Below are positions 1 to 37,891 of a stretch of 64,000 bases of DNA, piece by piece. The stretch lies in assembly GCA_039621445.1 (NCBI GenBank), contig CP154954.1:41223572-41287571 (forward strand), in the 5' to 3' direction. This DNA is from Euglena gracilis. Its lineage: Eukaryota. Made by a program: the position numbers and the translations under genes. Position 1 is the stretch's first letter. Every line of letters starts with the position of its first letter. The notes below the pieces were generated by a model. The model was not told the DNA's origin. It did no database searches and saw only the letters and a program-made list of their open reading frames with translations.

Positions 1-384
1 GCCACCCGTCAACGTTGGCAGGGGAGGAAAGTGGGGGACCTGCGCTTCCCCACCGGCCCCTGGACACGGCTGCCCTCCGGTGTGGCCCTCCCTCGGCCCG
101 GGGACGGGGTCTGTCCCCGGCGCATCCAAGCCGCGTTGGCCGCGGCGCCACACGCGCTGCGGCCGGCAGCCGGGCGGGGGAAGGCACGGACCGACAAGGT
201 GTCCTTCAACCGGGGGGGGGGGGTCTTAAACATAGGGGGTCAGTTAGGCTTCAAGTGCTTCATTCCAGGAAGTTTCACTGGCACCGCGGCGATGCTTTTG
301 CGACAGAGCGGCTTTCCTTCGGGGAAACCTGCCCCGGGACAACCCGGTCCGTGTCGGCCGGCCGCGCCGCCGGGCGGGAAAGGG

Positions 385-15950
<15,566 letters not shown>

Positions 15951-15968
15951 GGCGGGGGCCTGGTTAGC

Positions 15969-16011
15969 CTGGGGGGGAGGGAGGACTGAGGGTCAGAAGG
16001 GGGGGGGGGGG
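15969..16011 (-). promoter_or_regulatory. Putative spliced-leader trans-splice acceptor (pyrimidine tract + CAG) upstream of the PPase start
   Basis: Minus strand ...CCCCTTCTGACCCTCAGTCCTCCCTCCCCCCCAG|GCTAACCAGGCCCCCGCCATG; euglenozoan mRNAs are SL trans-spliced. An upstream cis-exon is not excluded. Confidence 0.5.
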
Positions 16012-17930
16012 CAAGCCGGCAGCCACCCACACCACACCCCCGGATGCGGTGCAGGGGCGGGGGAGACTCACTGAGTGCGCATGCAACCGTCTCCACGCCA
16101 CCAGACGGCAAGTGCCTGTGTGCGAATGTGGTGCCCGCTATTCATATCTGCTTTCCGGGTTTCCGGTGAAAAAGAAACACCACATCACAGCAATGGGTGT
16201 AGGCCAGCACACCACATTCAAGAATGCAGGTGTAGTCCTCCAACCCCCAATCCCGCACCACAAACAGACACATTTCCCCCAACAAATAGACCCATTGCTG
16301 TATCTAGCAACAAAAAGACCTATTGCTTTTAAATCTGCGGGTGGGCACGAGCCATACCTCCCCCCCCCTTGTCTAAGCACCGGAAAAGATGGGTAAGAAC
16401 CGGGGGGTGGTGCCTATTTTGCCAAAATATGGGTAAGAACCAGGGGGGTGCTTAGACAAGGGGGAAAAAATTGACAGCAAAAAAAAAAAACCGGCGCTTC
16501 GCGCCGAAAAGGAAAAATTCCCCTATTTTGGAGGTCCACTGTTGAACTTACACACATTTGGATGCAGAAATCAACAATACCTCACCAAATCAGGTCCCAG
16601 AAGTTGCAGAAATTTCGAAATCTTTGAAAATTTTCCCACACAACATAAACCTCCCCTTGACGATGACCTTTAAAAAGATGGGTAAGAACCAGGGGGGGTG
16701 GTGCTCAGACAAGGGTGGTGCTTAGACAAGGGTGGTGCTTAGACAAGGGGGGGGGGGGTACTGGACCACACTGGGCAAACAGAAAAAGTGGCAGCCAGAA
16801 CCTCACCTCGTGCTCGCCCACGCACCTTGCACACACAAACTTGCACCCACACACGCCCATATATCCATATCTTCCTGTTGCACCTGCATTGCAGTTAGAG
16901 AAGCAAGTCCGAAGCACAACCCCAACTGGTTCATCCACGGGTGACACTTCATTGGGACTTCATTGGCAAAAAAAGGCAAAGCAACACACAAGAACGTTTG
17001 GTGGTTCAGTTTCTGGGTTAGTGCACCAGAGCGACAGAGTGGGGGCTGTGCAAAGCATAAACACACCGCGAGAGGCGAGAGGCCCACAGACCTGGCAAGG
17101 TTTGGAGAAATTCACCGTGTACTCCACCGGTGGAGCACACCATTTGGGGGGGGGGGGCCGGGTGTGATCACTGATGCATGACGTTTCGGCCCGGTATCCC
17201 AAAATGGCAATTTTGGTGCCGAAGGGCTGTTTTTCCCCAAAAATGAGCAAAAGAGTGATAATTCCCACCTACCTGCATCAGAAAAAGTGAAATCCACCAC
17301 TGAAGTTCATCATATAGAAAGAGGGAGGAAGTTGCAAAATGACTCAGCAATCTCTGAGAATATCCCCCCCCTTATTAAATTTTCCGGGAGGTTGCTGACA
17401 GACAGCCAGAAATGCTTTTCTGAGTGATCACTGGGGAGGAGGCAAGCTCAAAGGCTTGCTGAAAAGAAATGCTGTGTTCCCCTTCATAAATCCTTGTGAA
17501 TGGAAGCCCCCCCATTTTTGACCATTGGTCCAAATGAAAGCCTCCCCCCCCCCATTTGGGACACAGGCAAATGAAGGGGGGGAAACCTCCAAACAGAAGC
17601 CCCCTCCCTCCGTTTTCGACCAAGGGTTCAAATAGAAGCCCCGGGGGGAAGGAACTGGGTCAGGCACCCCCCAAATCGAAGCAACGTCAAAATTAATGCA
17701 AAAAAAAAGCCCCAGGAGGGGCAGGACAGCGCGATTTCCCGAAGCGATCTGGAGACCGCAAACTCATATTCGGTCAAAGGGGATTATTCGACTGTTCTTT
17801 TCTCAAAATGGAAATAATGACGACTCAACATGTTATTTGGCGAATTTGTCCCTGTGGGAGAGGCAATGGTGGCTCCTTCAAAACACACCCATGGTCATAA
17901 ACCCCGTCCCAAACATAGGACCCCTCTGGG

Positions 17931-18174
17931 CAGGGGCTTTTTTAAGGCCGGAGGGGAAGGGGGGTCCTCTCACCCACCCACCCCCTGGGGGCGCCCCCTC
18001 AGGGGGGGGGGGAGGGGTCCCGGGGGGTCCACTCAACTTTAGCCGAAAATGGCACTTTTTTTAAAAAAATAGCACTTTTAAAAAAATTTCGGCGCCTTCG
18101 GTGCCGAAAAATATAACCCACTCCCCCCTGGGGGGGGGGGGGGGGGGAGGTCCAAGACTAAGAAAAAAACCCTG
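17931..18174. mobile_element. Non-autonomous TIR element (hAT-like MITE)
   Basis: Ends CAGGGGCTTTTTT / AAAAAAACCCTG; 8-bp TSD CCTCTGGG at 17923-17930 and 18175-18182. Confidence 0.8.
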
Positions 18175-19016
18175 CCTCTGGGTCCTTGATTTGGCAGCTG
18201 GACTCCCCCACCGGCGCATCGGAGAAGGCCAAAAGAAGTGCAAAAAGTTTCGAAGAAAAAATGATGTGTCGCGTACTTTTTTTCGTACGTTTTTAATGAT
18301 GACAAATCGGAGCAAATGTAAATGTGCTCGAAAAAAACGGTCCAAAATGCCGCACATGGCTAAAACAAGGGGAAATGGTATCTTTTGAGGCAATGAGATT
18401 TCCAACCAGATGTAGATACCCCCTGAGGGTCTTGAAGTTCTGCTGAATAAAATGGGGGGACGTTATATTTGTGCTTCGGGATTTGGGGCGTAAACATCCT
18501 TTTGTCCATCCATCAATGACAAACATGGATGGTGCCGAATTTGTTACACGTTCTTTCCTAACTTGGCAATGGCACTTCACCCCTTAGACGCACTTTGCTT
18601 CTGTTGGCAATTGACTCCCCAAAGAACGCATAAAAGGCATGACACATGAGGGAAAAGCCTTAATACAGTGCTATGATGGATTCAACAGATTTGCCTTGCC
18701 GTTGCTGGCAATCTCGCTGCATGCTGAACAAACCACAAGAAGAGGGAGGAAAGAAATTCCACACTCAGACTTTGCCTGAGTGTCTCTTTTTTAAAAGCAG
18801 AGGATGTTCCTGTAACGTGGTCACATGACAAACGAGACATTGGGCATTGGGGAAGCTGACGCACACTGCGTGTCAGCATCCCCATTTGGGATGTGGGGGG
18901 GGGGGGGACAGCACGCATCGATGTGAAGCAGTATTGGGAATAGCGAAGAAGAATTTTCTTGTCATGCCGCAAGTGTCCATGAGCAGATGAAAACAGGGCC
19001 TTTGTGAAGTGAGGAA

Positions 19017-19470
19017 CAGGCTTTTGCTTAAGGACCCCGGGGGGAGGGGGGGGGTACTGGCTAGCCAATCGGCTAGACCTAGACACTGGAAAAAGTGGAC
19101 TAGCTAGACCCCCCGGGGGGGGGGGGGGGGGGGGGGGGGGAGTCCGGGGGTCCCCCGGACTGGAAAAAAATTTGTCCTCCGGCGGACAGCGCCGAAGGAA
19201 AAATGAGGTTTTTAACAGGTTTTTGGCTGATTTTGTTCCAAAAATTCCCAAAAATGGCCAAAAACGGGCATTTTTGGCCATTTTGGGGGGTCCCCAAAAA
19301 AAATTTCGGCGCTTCGCGCTGGTCACTGGAAAAAAGAATTCCACTAGCTAGCCCTGCTAGCAGACCCCCCCGGGGGGGGGGGGGGTCTGCTAGAAAACCC
19401 ACTAGCCAAATTTGGACCAGCTGCAGTCCACCCCCCCCGGGGGTACTGCAATCCCTTAAGCAAAAGCCTG
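19017..19470. mobile_element. Non-autonomous TIR element (hAT-like MITE)
   Basis: TIR CAGGCTTTTGCTTAAGG / CCTTAAGCAAAAGCCTG; 8-bp TSD GTGAGGAA at 19009-19016 and 19471-19478; related left ends at 39890 and 57069. Confidence 0.88.
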
Positions 19471-21138
19471 GTGAGGAAGCTTTCCCAAACATCCACCCAA
19501 CCATTCATCTTGAAGAAACCTTGCCTGAGGGGGAGTTTGACAGCCAGTCGGCACACAGTGCAGAAACATGTAACGGACAGAGTATGATATGGAAGGGGCA
19601 GGGAATGGAAGAGACGGTTGCTGACTTGTGAGAGAGAAGGACATACATCAATAAGTGAGGAGGCTCAGTGGCAGAATGAAATAAGAATGCCAAAACTGAA
19701 TGTCTTCATTCTCTGAGCTGAGATGCAAATTACTTGAGATTTCTGTCTCAAAATATTTCCCCCAGAAAAAGGGAATTGTCTGTTTGAAATCCACCAACCC
19801 CTTTGTGTGTAGGCACAAATTAATACTGCCAGCAGAGGTGTTGCATTGTTATTGTTAGGAACAAGAGGTTCTCAAGAAAACAAGAAACAAGGATGAGGAA
19901 CACCGCTCCATCTAGCTCTCTGGACAGGGGGAAGCCATACTCAATCGCACCACAAGAATACTGATTTAGGAGCGCAAATTTGCGGTTTTTCCCAAAACAA
20001 AATATCATGGGGCTTCATCAAATCTTCCTGCTTGAATAAACTAAAGCAGGGACATAAAAATATTTGATTCCACACAAACAAACTCTTTGGGAGCAAAAAC
20101 AAGAAATTTATTCGCTTTTCTGCATTTCCGCCACTGCAGTGCCAAACACGCAACACGCAGAAGCAGAAGAAAGAGCAACAATGCAAGTTGGAAGCGAAAG
20201 GGTGTGTAACGCGGACCCGGAAGAAACTCAACCAGGCATCAGCCCATTTGTGGGGAGGGTCGTAGAAGAAGAAGCCACACAGCCGAGCACACCCCTGCGG
20301 TGCACGGCGGGATGATACGTGGGCCGAGCTTTCCGTGGTGGTCTCCAAAGCAGGAAGGGGCGCGGGAGAGGGTCGATGCCATCAGCCAAGCGAGTCGTTC
20401 GATGGGGAGACGACGGTGGCGGGACGTGCCAGAGCGGCAGCGCCAATTGAAGGAGTGGTCAGCAGACGGGGGCGGGGGCTGGGATGGACGGGAGGTCAGG
20501 AAGGGCCTGTCTGCCAGAGAGCAGAGAGGGAACGCCAGTCTGCAAGCACTAGGATCGGGTCGGGGAGGTTCAGCAATGGAGATGGCAGATCAGTTTGGGG
20601 GGGTGGGGGGACATCCCGACGCAGCACCTGCATCGGATGGTTTCTGCTCTGGGCAGCATGGGAAGGAGGGCAACCTTCAACGAAAGGATTCAGTCCAAGT
20701 TCAGGCTGGGGCGTTCATTGGCCACCTCAAAGGCTGGTTGGTTGTCGGTGGTTCCCCTAAATCCCCTCCAAATACCCCACTTGTGTTTAGGAATGTCAAA
20801 GTGAGTTCCACGGCTTCTCCTTGTATACACATTTTTTACCCAAAAATGCCGGCACAGAAGAAGGAGCCCGTTTGGGGGATTTGGGGGGGTCATTTTGGGG
20901 GGTCGGACTTGGACCAACAATTTGTTGACTTATCCCCCCCTTCGGCTGACCAACCAAACCTGGTCCTATAAAGCCAGGGGTTTACAGGATTGGGTGGGGG
21001 GGCAAGGACGCAATGCCAACAAAGAAAGGAAGCTCTCATGTGCCCTTCCTCTGACCCATGCACTTGACAGCATGGGAGGGTTCCCCCAGCGCCCCACCGC
21101 GCCCTCCTCCAGCCCGGGCCATAGCCCCGGGGGGCCTC

Positions 21139-32368
<11,230 letters not shown>

Positions 32369-33622
32369 TGGTAGGGGCCGCCACCTAACCCTACAACCAC
32401 CCCCCACCCCGCAAACTGTCCTTCTTTTCCTCTGCGGAGGAAACCCCAAACCACTCTAACCGAAGCCTCATAAATCCCCAACAAATCTGCAAATGCTGCT
32501 CTTTGAATTAACATCAGAGCGGTTACACTAGCTACCCCAAACCCCGCCAAAAGATAAAATCCAGTCTAACTTTGGGTCCGTTGCAGGAAACCAAGAACAG
32601 TGTTATTTGGGGGGGGGGGTATATTTTGATGGACTCAGGCCTGAAGTCTTTGCACCATTTGTAAATTGGTATACACTGAAATCCTTCGGTCACAGAGGTC
32701 AAAAACAATCAGCGTTTTCGTCAATTTTGTGTCAAAAGAGGGTTTCAATAATTTTTCAGTGGCTTTTGATAATTCCCAGTGGGGTCATATTTGGGGGTGG
32801 CGGTTATGGGTATCTATCTCCTACCACTGTATTTGGACCAGGCCAGTTGTGTGAGAGCAGATATTCCCTTACCTGACCCTTTCCAAAACAAACCCTTGTG
32901 CACGGGGGCGAGGCAGGCAGCCCACACTGTGGTGTTGTTGAACAGCACCCCATCTTTGATTTCTTTGCCATCAACAGGGCCCCATCTTTGGATAATGCAA
33001 GATAGCAGCCTCTATCAACGAGGGGGCAGTGACTTCGACAAAGGTGTCTATTCTGGGTTTAAAACGGCCAAAAACCCACGTTAATTTGGATTTGGAATTA
33101 ACACTTGCCCTCCATCAGCGTCAGGATCACACATGGGAAACCTTCAAGGTCCCTGGTATCGCCCAACTTGTCAGGGTCAAATTAAATTGATTTTCCCACA
33201 AATCCCCTCCCAGGAAACTGTCAGGGTCCCTCCTTGTCAGTGTGGGAAGTTGTCAGGGTCTGTGGGACTGGCCGACCTGTCCCGTGACAGTTTCCTGGGC
33301 AGGTGGTTGGGGGGCTTCTTCGGCTATGGACTCCTTTAGCTGTTTAGCTGCTAGTTTAGGTTAAAGCACTCAAAGCTGCACACGAGCCCTCAGGAAGGAA
33401 GAGGCGACATGCTGAGTGAGTGTGCAAGTGTGCGTGCGTGCGTGCATGCGTTGTGTGGCTTTGTGTGCACGCTGTGCATGTGTGTGCAACGAAGGTGTGC
33501 TGCCGTGCTTCCCCTTCATGGCCAGCAAATGTGAAGTGAAGGACGGAATTAAAATCTCCAGCAAAAAAGGTGGATACTGCATATGTTCCCCCAATCCTCT
33601 TTCCTCATCCTCTTCCTGTGTC

Positions 33623-34024
33623 CAGGGTTCGATATAAGGAGGGCGTACATGGTTTAGGGGGGGGGGGGGTGTCCCCCCCCCCCCCCACCCCTCCTGGCCC
33701 GCAGGGGGGGGTCCGGACCACCCCCCCCCCACCTGCAAGGGGGGTCCAGACCGACCCTGGGGGGCAAAAATTGACCCCCCCAAAAAGGGTCAATTTTTTC
33801 CTCCGGCGCTTCGCGCCGAAAATTTTTTGCATTTTTGGCACATTTTTGCCCAAAAAGTGCCCAAAATGGCACTTTTGGTCGTTTTGGGGTGTCAAAAATT
33901 TTCGGCCACCCTGACCGCGCACCTGTTTAGGTGGGGGGGGTGTCCCCCCCCCCCCCCCCCCCTCCTGGCCCGCAGGGGGGGGTCCGGACCACCCCCCCCC
34001 CACCTGTCCTTATATCGAACCCTG
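33623..34024. mobile_element. Non-autonomous TIR element (hAT-like MITE)
   Basis: 18-bp TIR CAGGGTTCGATATAAGGA / TCCTTATATCGAACCCTG; 8-bp TSD CCTGTGTC at 33615-33622 and 34025-34032; partial inverted copy ends at 62158. Confidence 0.9.
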
Positions 34025-35202
34025 CCTGTGTCATGTCTTGCAACCTGCGGCTGTACGGGGAAATGGAGTGGGGGGTCTTAAAACCACGAATGCTGTTGAT
34101 GATTGCGCCTCTGTGTGCTCCATCCATAGGGTGAAGGAATCCAAGATGCCAGTAAGCTCTCGGAGATGGTGAAGGAGAAGTTGAAGGAATAGATCATTAT
34201 TTTGTTTGGCAACGCGACATTTTTTGGACCGCTTTGGGAAAAGAATTTGTCTGATGGCATCACCTGTTCTTTGGTCTTGTCCCCCATGTGGGCAGTGCAT
34301 TTCTCCTGAGTGGTTTTGCCTGTAAAAATTTTTTTTTTCGTCGGTCTCCCTCCACATCAAAGCTTGGTTTTTGGGGGAACCGCTCCCAGGAGAGTAAGGT
34401 TTGGTCTTCCTCAACGTGAGGGTTTTTTTCAGTTGCCAAAAGGCATTTACTCGACTTTTTGTTTTGGTTTTGAGGTTGCTTTTGAGTTCAGGTGGGTTTG
34501 ACTCAAATTTTGCTATAATATGGGGTCTCTGCGGCCGCCAAAAATCCCCGGTCTTGAAGAATTAACAGTGGGTCCTCTGCGAACCAGGGGTGCGATCCCC
34601 GAAAAGATTTTGGGATAAACCGAAATCCTAAACCCCAATCCCAGACCCCCGGAAAAGGGGGAAGGGGTCAGTTCGGTCCACCAGTTGGTAAAAGTATTCG
34701 TTCTCGGGAAGGTAATTCGTACTCCCTCGAGGAAAACCGACCAGGGAGGAAGGGACACCGAGGGCGAAGCACAAAGACCTTGTGATTAGGATCAGCCAAC
34801 TCCGGCAACAAAAAGCAGTAAGAAGCACCCCCCGCGCACGCACAAACACACCAGAACAGAACAGCCGGCAAGGAAAGCAGGACCTCACCATCTCGCAGTG
34901 CGGAGCCCGAATGGTCAACCCCAATCCCAGACCCCCGGAAAAGGGGGAAAGGGTCAGGAGCGGTGTCGTACTCCCTCGAGGGCGAAGCACAAAAACCTTG
35001 TGAGGCCATGCCTTGCTTGCCGGCGGTGCTGTTTGGATTGTTCTGGTGCGTTGGGTTTGGAGGTCCCGCTTAGTGCCGCCTCGCCGTAGTTGGCTTACGA
35101 TGCTGCTCCGACTGGGCGACGGGGCTTCTTGCCCCTGGGGGGGGGTGTTCCCCCTCTCCCCCCTGGTCCCCACTCTCTGACCGGGGCTTTTGAGCACAAA
35201 TT

Positions 35203-36148
35203 TTATTTTACGGGTGGGGGGGTCGAGCTCACAAGGTCTTTGTGCTTCGCCCTCGGTGTCCCTTCCTCACTTGTTGTTTTCCTCGGGGGAGTACGAGACA
35301 CCTCGGGCTCCGCACTTTGCCCTTGTGAGGCCAGATTGTGCACTGAAATTAAGGAAGCCAGGGCATTTTCCAGGGCACCTTTGGCACCAAGTCGTTGATA
35401 GTGGGCTGTAAAAGCCTCCGCCCCCCTCCACTGGCCAGTTTCACAAACTTCTTGGGCAGAAAGGCGCAATTTTTTGAGTAAACTAACCCCTTCCCCTCTG
35501 GTGGGGTGGGCCCCCCACACCTGGAGGGGTACCCCATGATTGGCCAAAAAAGTCTTTTGTGATAGAAGCAATTGTGTCAGCACTTATGGCCCTGAAGGGG
35601 GGGTTTTAATGAAATCAGATGGGGGCCCAGGTCTGACGAATAAACGTGTAGCAGCCACATAGCACATCGTTAAATGAAAGGGGCTTATTTGGGGACACTG
35701 GGGAATGCACACAACCCTTTCCCACTTATGGGATTCCTGTCCTTTGCGCTTAATCTTGATGTAGGGTGCCCTACCCAACACACTGGTGGTTTGTTTGACT
35801 TGCGATAAGTCTGAGGATCGGTACAAACAGAGGATTCGTGAGCAAAAAAACCAGTTTCGTACACAATGTACAAATATCAGTGTGCATGGGCGCCTTTGCC
35901 AGCCCCAGGAGGATTGGGAGGGGGTCCCAAAATGCCCCATACTTCTCCAGGTTTTGGTTCCAAAGCCTCTTGCAGAAGGTAAACAGAGTGTGGAATCTCA
36001 GCCCACCAAACCCAGTGATCAAAAGCATAGCACTGTAGGCATTACGGGCTTGGGCCTTGGAAAATTGGAATAATTGAATTAAAGCGTCAGCCACTTGGTC
36101 TGTGGTGGCTTCAGGGGGGGCACCCCCATGTGTTCCGAAATTACCCAC
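35203..36148 (-). pseudogene. DIRS tyrosine recombinase (frameshifted)
   Basis: HxxR box (AHPTRG) and GQW...FTAHYQRL with the catalytic Tyr. Confidence 0.75.
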
Positions 36149-36464
36149 AGAAGTGCAAAAGCACTCTGATAGCGTTTTAAGCTGGGGTTTCTCCCCAGGA
36201 AATCGTTAATGTTCTCAACCTGAATTTGTTTCCCCTCCAATATTTACCTGAGCAAATCATGCAAACCAGGAGCCACTCGGGGGGTGGCATTTGCTCCCCC
36301 CTGCAGTTGGTGAACATGCCCCTGTAGGGGGTGATTTTCAGGCAGTGGTCCCTGGAACTTTCATTTTATTATTTGGGGCCATCAGGTGGCTGAATCCCAG
36401 TAGGGGGTGACCATCAAAACTTTGGTCAGGGGAAACATTTTCAACCTGGGTAGAAATTGTTGAA

Positions 36465-36971
36465 TTATTCACCGGGGGTGTTTGCATAAAGATCCCCCAT
36501 GTTGTTCAGTGGACATTGTAATGCATTTACTTCCGTGGCTTCCCAATGGGGCCACCTGGCCACAAAATTGGGCAGTTTTTTGTTACCTGGGGAGGCAAAT
36601 AAATCTGTTTCCAGATTTATGAAATTTGTGAATTGCTTTCTGAGCCATTGAAAAAGTTGGGGGTCTAAAGAATAATCCCCCCTGTCCATTTCCCATCTGC
36701 TGATGGGGTCTAGGCAGTCTTTTGAAGGTACCCAGTTGACTTGGAGGTTTACTTGGTGCTCCATGCACCATTTGAGAAATGGTCTCAGCATTTTGTTGAA
36801 GGGGTCCTTTCTGCCCCAACCTTTTGTTAGGTAAAAGTAAATTACCTGGTTGTCCACTGACAAGGAAACGGTTTCTCCAGGTTTGCTCAAACTTTTCACA
36901 GTGCTGATTGCTGCACTGAGCTCCTTGACATTGATGTGTGAAATGGAGTCTTTTCTCCAAAATTCCTGCAC
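36465..36971 (-). pseudogene. DIRS RNase H + DNA adenine methyltransferase-like domain
   Basis: HINVKEL, VDNQV, WVPS..D.ISR, then DLFASPGNKKLPNF and LYAN(T)P. Confidence 0.8.
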
Positions 36972-37336
36972 AACTTCTCCTGTGTGGATGTCCAGCCCCC
37001 CCCCCAGGCATGGGTGCTGCTGTCGGAGTGAAACACTCTGGTTGCGTTTTGGGGGAATGGTCTGCCCCCCAGGTTTCCAGCAGAATTCTTATTTCCCTTA
37101 ATTGGGCCTTGATTTCCTGGGAAGTGGGGTGTTTTGAGTCCCAGGGGGATGTAGACTTTGCACCAAAAAAAGCACCAGCGTGTCTGTAAAAGCCCTTAAA
37201 AAGGTCAGAGCCATTAGGTTGCATCTTATTTGGCCCAAAATGGCAGCCAATTGCCTTTTTGACATGTAATCTTTTTTCACAATTTTTCCCAGCTCGTTTT
37301 TTATGGTTTTGACTTTCTGGGGGGGCACCTGTAGCT

Positions 37337-37891
37337 TTAACTTTGGAAGTTTAGTTGAAACCCCAGATGGGTTACCACTTGGGTGGCTGGAGGGTGGACT
37401 TTTTCACATTGATTTTGAACCCAGAATCCAGCAAATCTTTGACAACTATTTTCAGGTGATTTTGTAAAATGTTTGGGGTGGGGGCCACCAGCAAAATGTC
37501 GTCCAGGTAAATAAACACCTGGATGCCCCTTTTTCTCCACAGTTTTTCGAATGTTTTCATCGCTGACATGAAAATTTGGGGCATTGCATTTAGCCCAAAG
37601 CAGCCTGTTTAAAACTCCCAGGTCTGCCCCCCCCACCTGATGCCTTAAAAATGGCCTTAGGCCTGGACCTAATGGAATCTGAAAATAGGCATCCTTTAGG
37701 TCTATTTTTGCTGCCCAGTGGCCTTTTTCCAAAACTGGAAAATGTGTTGGATATGACCCAGCTTGAAAGGTTTTGCTTGAAACTGCTGATTTATTTCTAT
37801 GCAGTCGCTGATCATTCTCCATTTGGTTGTTCCCCCTTCTGGCTTTGAAATTAAAAACCATGGGATAAAGTGCTGGATTTCTGAATCCCAA
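37337..37891 (-). pseudogene. DIRS reverse transcriptase (frameshifted)
   Basis: KIDLKDAYFQIPL, CFGLNAMPQIF and IYLDDILL spread over two frames. Confidence 0.85.
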
